32,000 nt of DNA, taken from positions 150,001-182,000 of the forward strand of contig NZ_AP031381.1 in assembly GCF_047159375.1 (NCBI RefSeq). The letters run 5' to 3'. Numbering within the stretch: position 1 is the first letter of the stretch; each line of letters begins with the position of its first letter. The translations under genes were made by a program, and so were the position numbers. The DNA is from Enterobacterales bacterium endosymbiont of Anomoneura mori (lineage in GTDB: Bacteria; Pseudomonadota; Gammaproteobacteria; Enterobacterales; Enterobacteriaceae_A). Positions 30,534 to 32,000 of the stretch are shown piece after piece. The notes under the pieces were generated by a model. That model had not been told where the DNA came from. It was given only the letters and a program-made list of their open reading frames with translations, and ran no database searches.

Positions 30534-31985
30534 ATGTTTAATATCTTAAATTTTATATTTTTAATTTTTTTATTTTTTTTTATTATAATTAATGAATATA
30601 TTATAATTAAATATTATTATAATACATATTCTTTTTTATTAATTTTTATTTATATTTTACCATTTTTAAATATTATTTTTTTTTTTTTAATTATTAAATT
30701 ATCTTTTAAAAAAAAAATAAATAAAAAAATAATTTTTATTAAATCTTTTATAAATTATTTAATAAATAAAATTAAAATAAAACAAAAAAAAATATATAAT
30801 AAAAAATATAAATTTGCAAAACCATTATTTAAATTATTAAATAAAAAAAAGGGAATAAATGAAATAAATATTTTTTTAAAAAAGAAAGAATTTAAAATAT
30901 TTTCAAATACTAAAAAAATATTTAAAAAAATAATTTATGATATTAAATTAGCCAAAAAAAAAATTGAAATAATTTTTTATATTTGGAAACAAGGAGGAAT
31001 AGTAAATAAAATTATAGAAGCATTAATTAATGCTTCTAAACGTGGTGTATGTTGTCGTATTATATTGGATTCAATTGGTTGTTATAATTTTTTATATAGT
31101 AATTATTTTAAAAAAATGTGTAATGCTGGAATTAAAATAGTTAAAGCTTTTAAAATTAATATATTTAATTTATTTTTAAGACGTTTAGATATTAGACAAC
31201 ATAAAAAATTAATATTAATTGATAATAATATAGTTTATACAGGTAGTATGAATATGGTTGATAATAATTGTTTAAAAAATAAAATTTTTAAATATATTGA
31301 TATAATGATAAGATTTAAAGGTAAAATTTCAAATATAATGAATATTATTTATGCTTTTGATTGGGAAATGGAAACTGGTAAAAAAATTTTATTTAATGAA
31401 AAATATAAAAAAAAAAAATTTTTTTATAATAAAAAAAATCAAAATTTTCATATTGTTTCATCTATATATAATTTATCAAATAAATTAATATATAAAGTAT
31501 TTTTAACTTCAATATATTCAGCAAAAAAAAAAATAATTATTACTTCTCCATATTTTATTCCAACTAACGAATTAATAGAAGCTATATGTAAAGTTTCATT
31601 AAAAGGAATAAATGTAATTTTAATTTTACCAAAATATAATGATTGTTTTATGTTATCATGGGCTAATAAATATTTTTTTTCAAAACTTTTAAATTCTGGA
31701 GTTAAAATTTATAAATTTAAAAAAGGTTTATTACATACTAAAAGTATTTTAATAGATGAAAAAGTAAGTATAATTGGAACAGTAAATTTTGATATAAGAA
31801 GTTTTTATTTAAATTCAGAAATTTTATTAATTATTGAAGATAAAAAATTTAGTAATATTATTAATCAAATACATAAACAATATATTAAAAAATCAAAAAT
31901 TTTAAATTTAAAAAAATGGAATAAAAGATCAAATTTTAAAAAATTTTTTGAATTTTTTTTTTTTTTATTTAGTCCTATATTATAA
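30534..31985 (+). CDS. clsA: Cardiolipin synthase A
   Basis: 483 aa. It has N-terminal hydrophobic segments and two HKD motifs (RQHKKLILIDNNIVYTGSMN and LLHTKSILIDEKVSIIGTVNFDIRS). The C-terminal FFFLFSPIL resembles the E. coli ClsA end. Confidence 0.93.
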   Translation: MFNILNFIFLIFLFFFIIINEYIIIKYYYNTYSFLLIFIYILPFLNIIFFFLIIKLSFKKKINKKIIFIKSFINYLINKIKIKQKKIYNKKYKFAKPLFKLLNKKKGINEINIFLKKKEFKIFSNTKKIFKKIIYDIKLAKKKIEIIFYIWKQGGIVNKIIEALINASKRGVCCRIILDSIGCYNFLYSNYFKKMCNAGIKIVKAFKINIFNLFLRRLDIRQHKKLILIDNNIVYTGSMNMVDNNCLKNKIFKYIDIMIRFKGKISNIMNIIYAFDWEMETGKKILFNEKYKKKKFFYNKKNQNFHIVSSIYNLSNKLIYKVFLTSIYSAKKKIIITSPYFIPTNELIEAICKVSLKGINVILILPKYNDCFMLSWANKYFFSKLLNSGVKIYKFKKGLLHTKSILIDEKVSIIGTVNFDIRSFYLNSEILLIIEDKKFSNIINQIHKQYIKKSKILNLKKWNKRSNFKKFFEFFFFLFSPIL

Positions 31986-32000
31986 ATTTAATATTATTTT

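Overview
This window is extremely AT-rich by eye (GC not computed). G and C cluster in RNA genes and conserved codons. It reads as a core housekeeping segment of a highly reduced gammaproteobacterial (Enterobacterales-derived) obligate endosymbiont genome of the Buchnera/Blochmannia/Wigglesworthia type; the species is not identified. I can support 28 intact CDS (prfA, infA, tilS, dksA, dnaK, dnaJ, gnd, rlmN, hisS, der, fldA, ribA, mnmA, fpr, serS, an Fsr-like MFS transporter, rlmB, clpP, clpX, pykA, rpsA, ruvX, rho, trxA, gapA, aspS, clsA), a frameshifted smpB, a reduced tmRNA, and a very tight tRNA-Met/Leu/Gln operon. There is also one hairpin plus T-tract between dnaK and dnaJ and a perfect 62-bp tandem duplication between fldA and ribA. 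Every ORF of 100 aa or more has a clear housekeeping identity. I found no CRISPR array, mobile element, toxin or defence genes, or unassigned gene cluster, so I do not claim a novel system. The points worth a second look are erosion and compensation phenomena. smpB is split inside an A10 tract next to an intact tmRNA. The conserved rlmN N-terminus lies upstream of any canonical start codon. In-frame poly(A) tracts of 13-17 nt sit in essential genes. The tRNA operon encodes no CCA, Rho and DksA are N-terminally shortened, and all CDS end in TAA. My homopolymer counts may be off by 1 nt wherever the ORF track does not anchor them.
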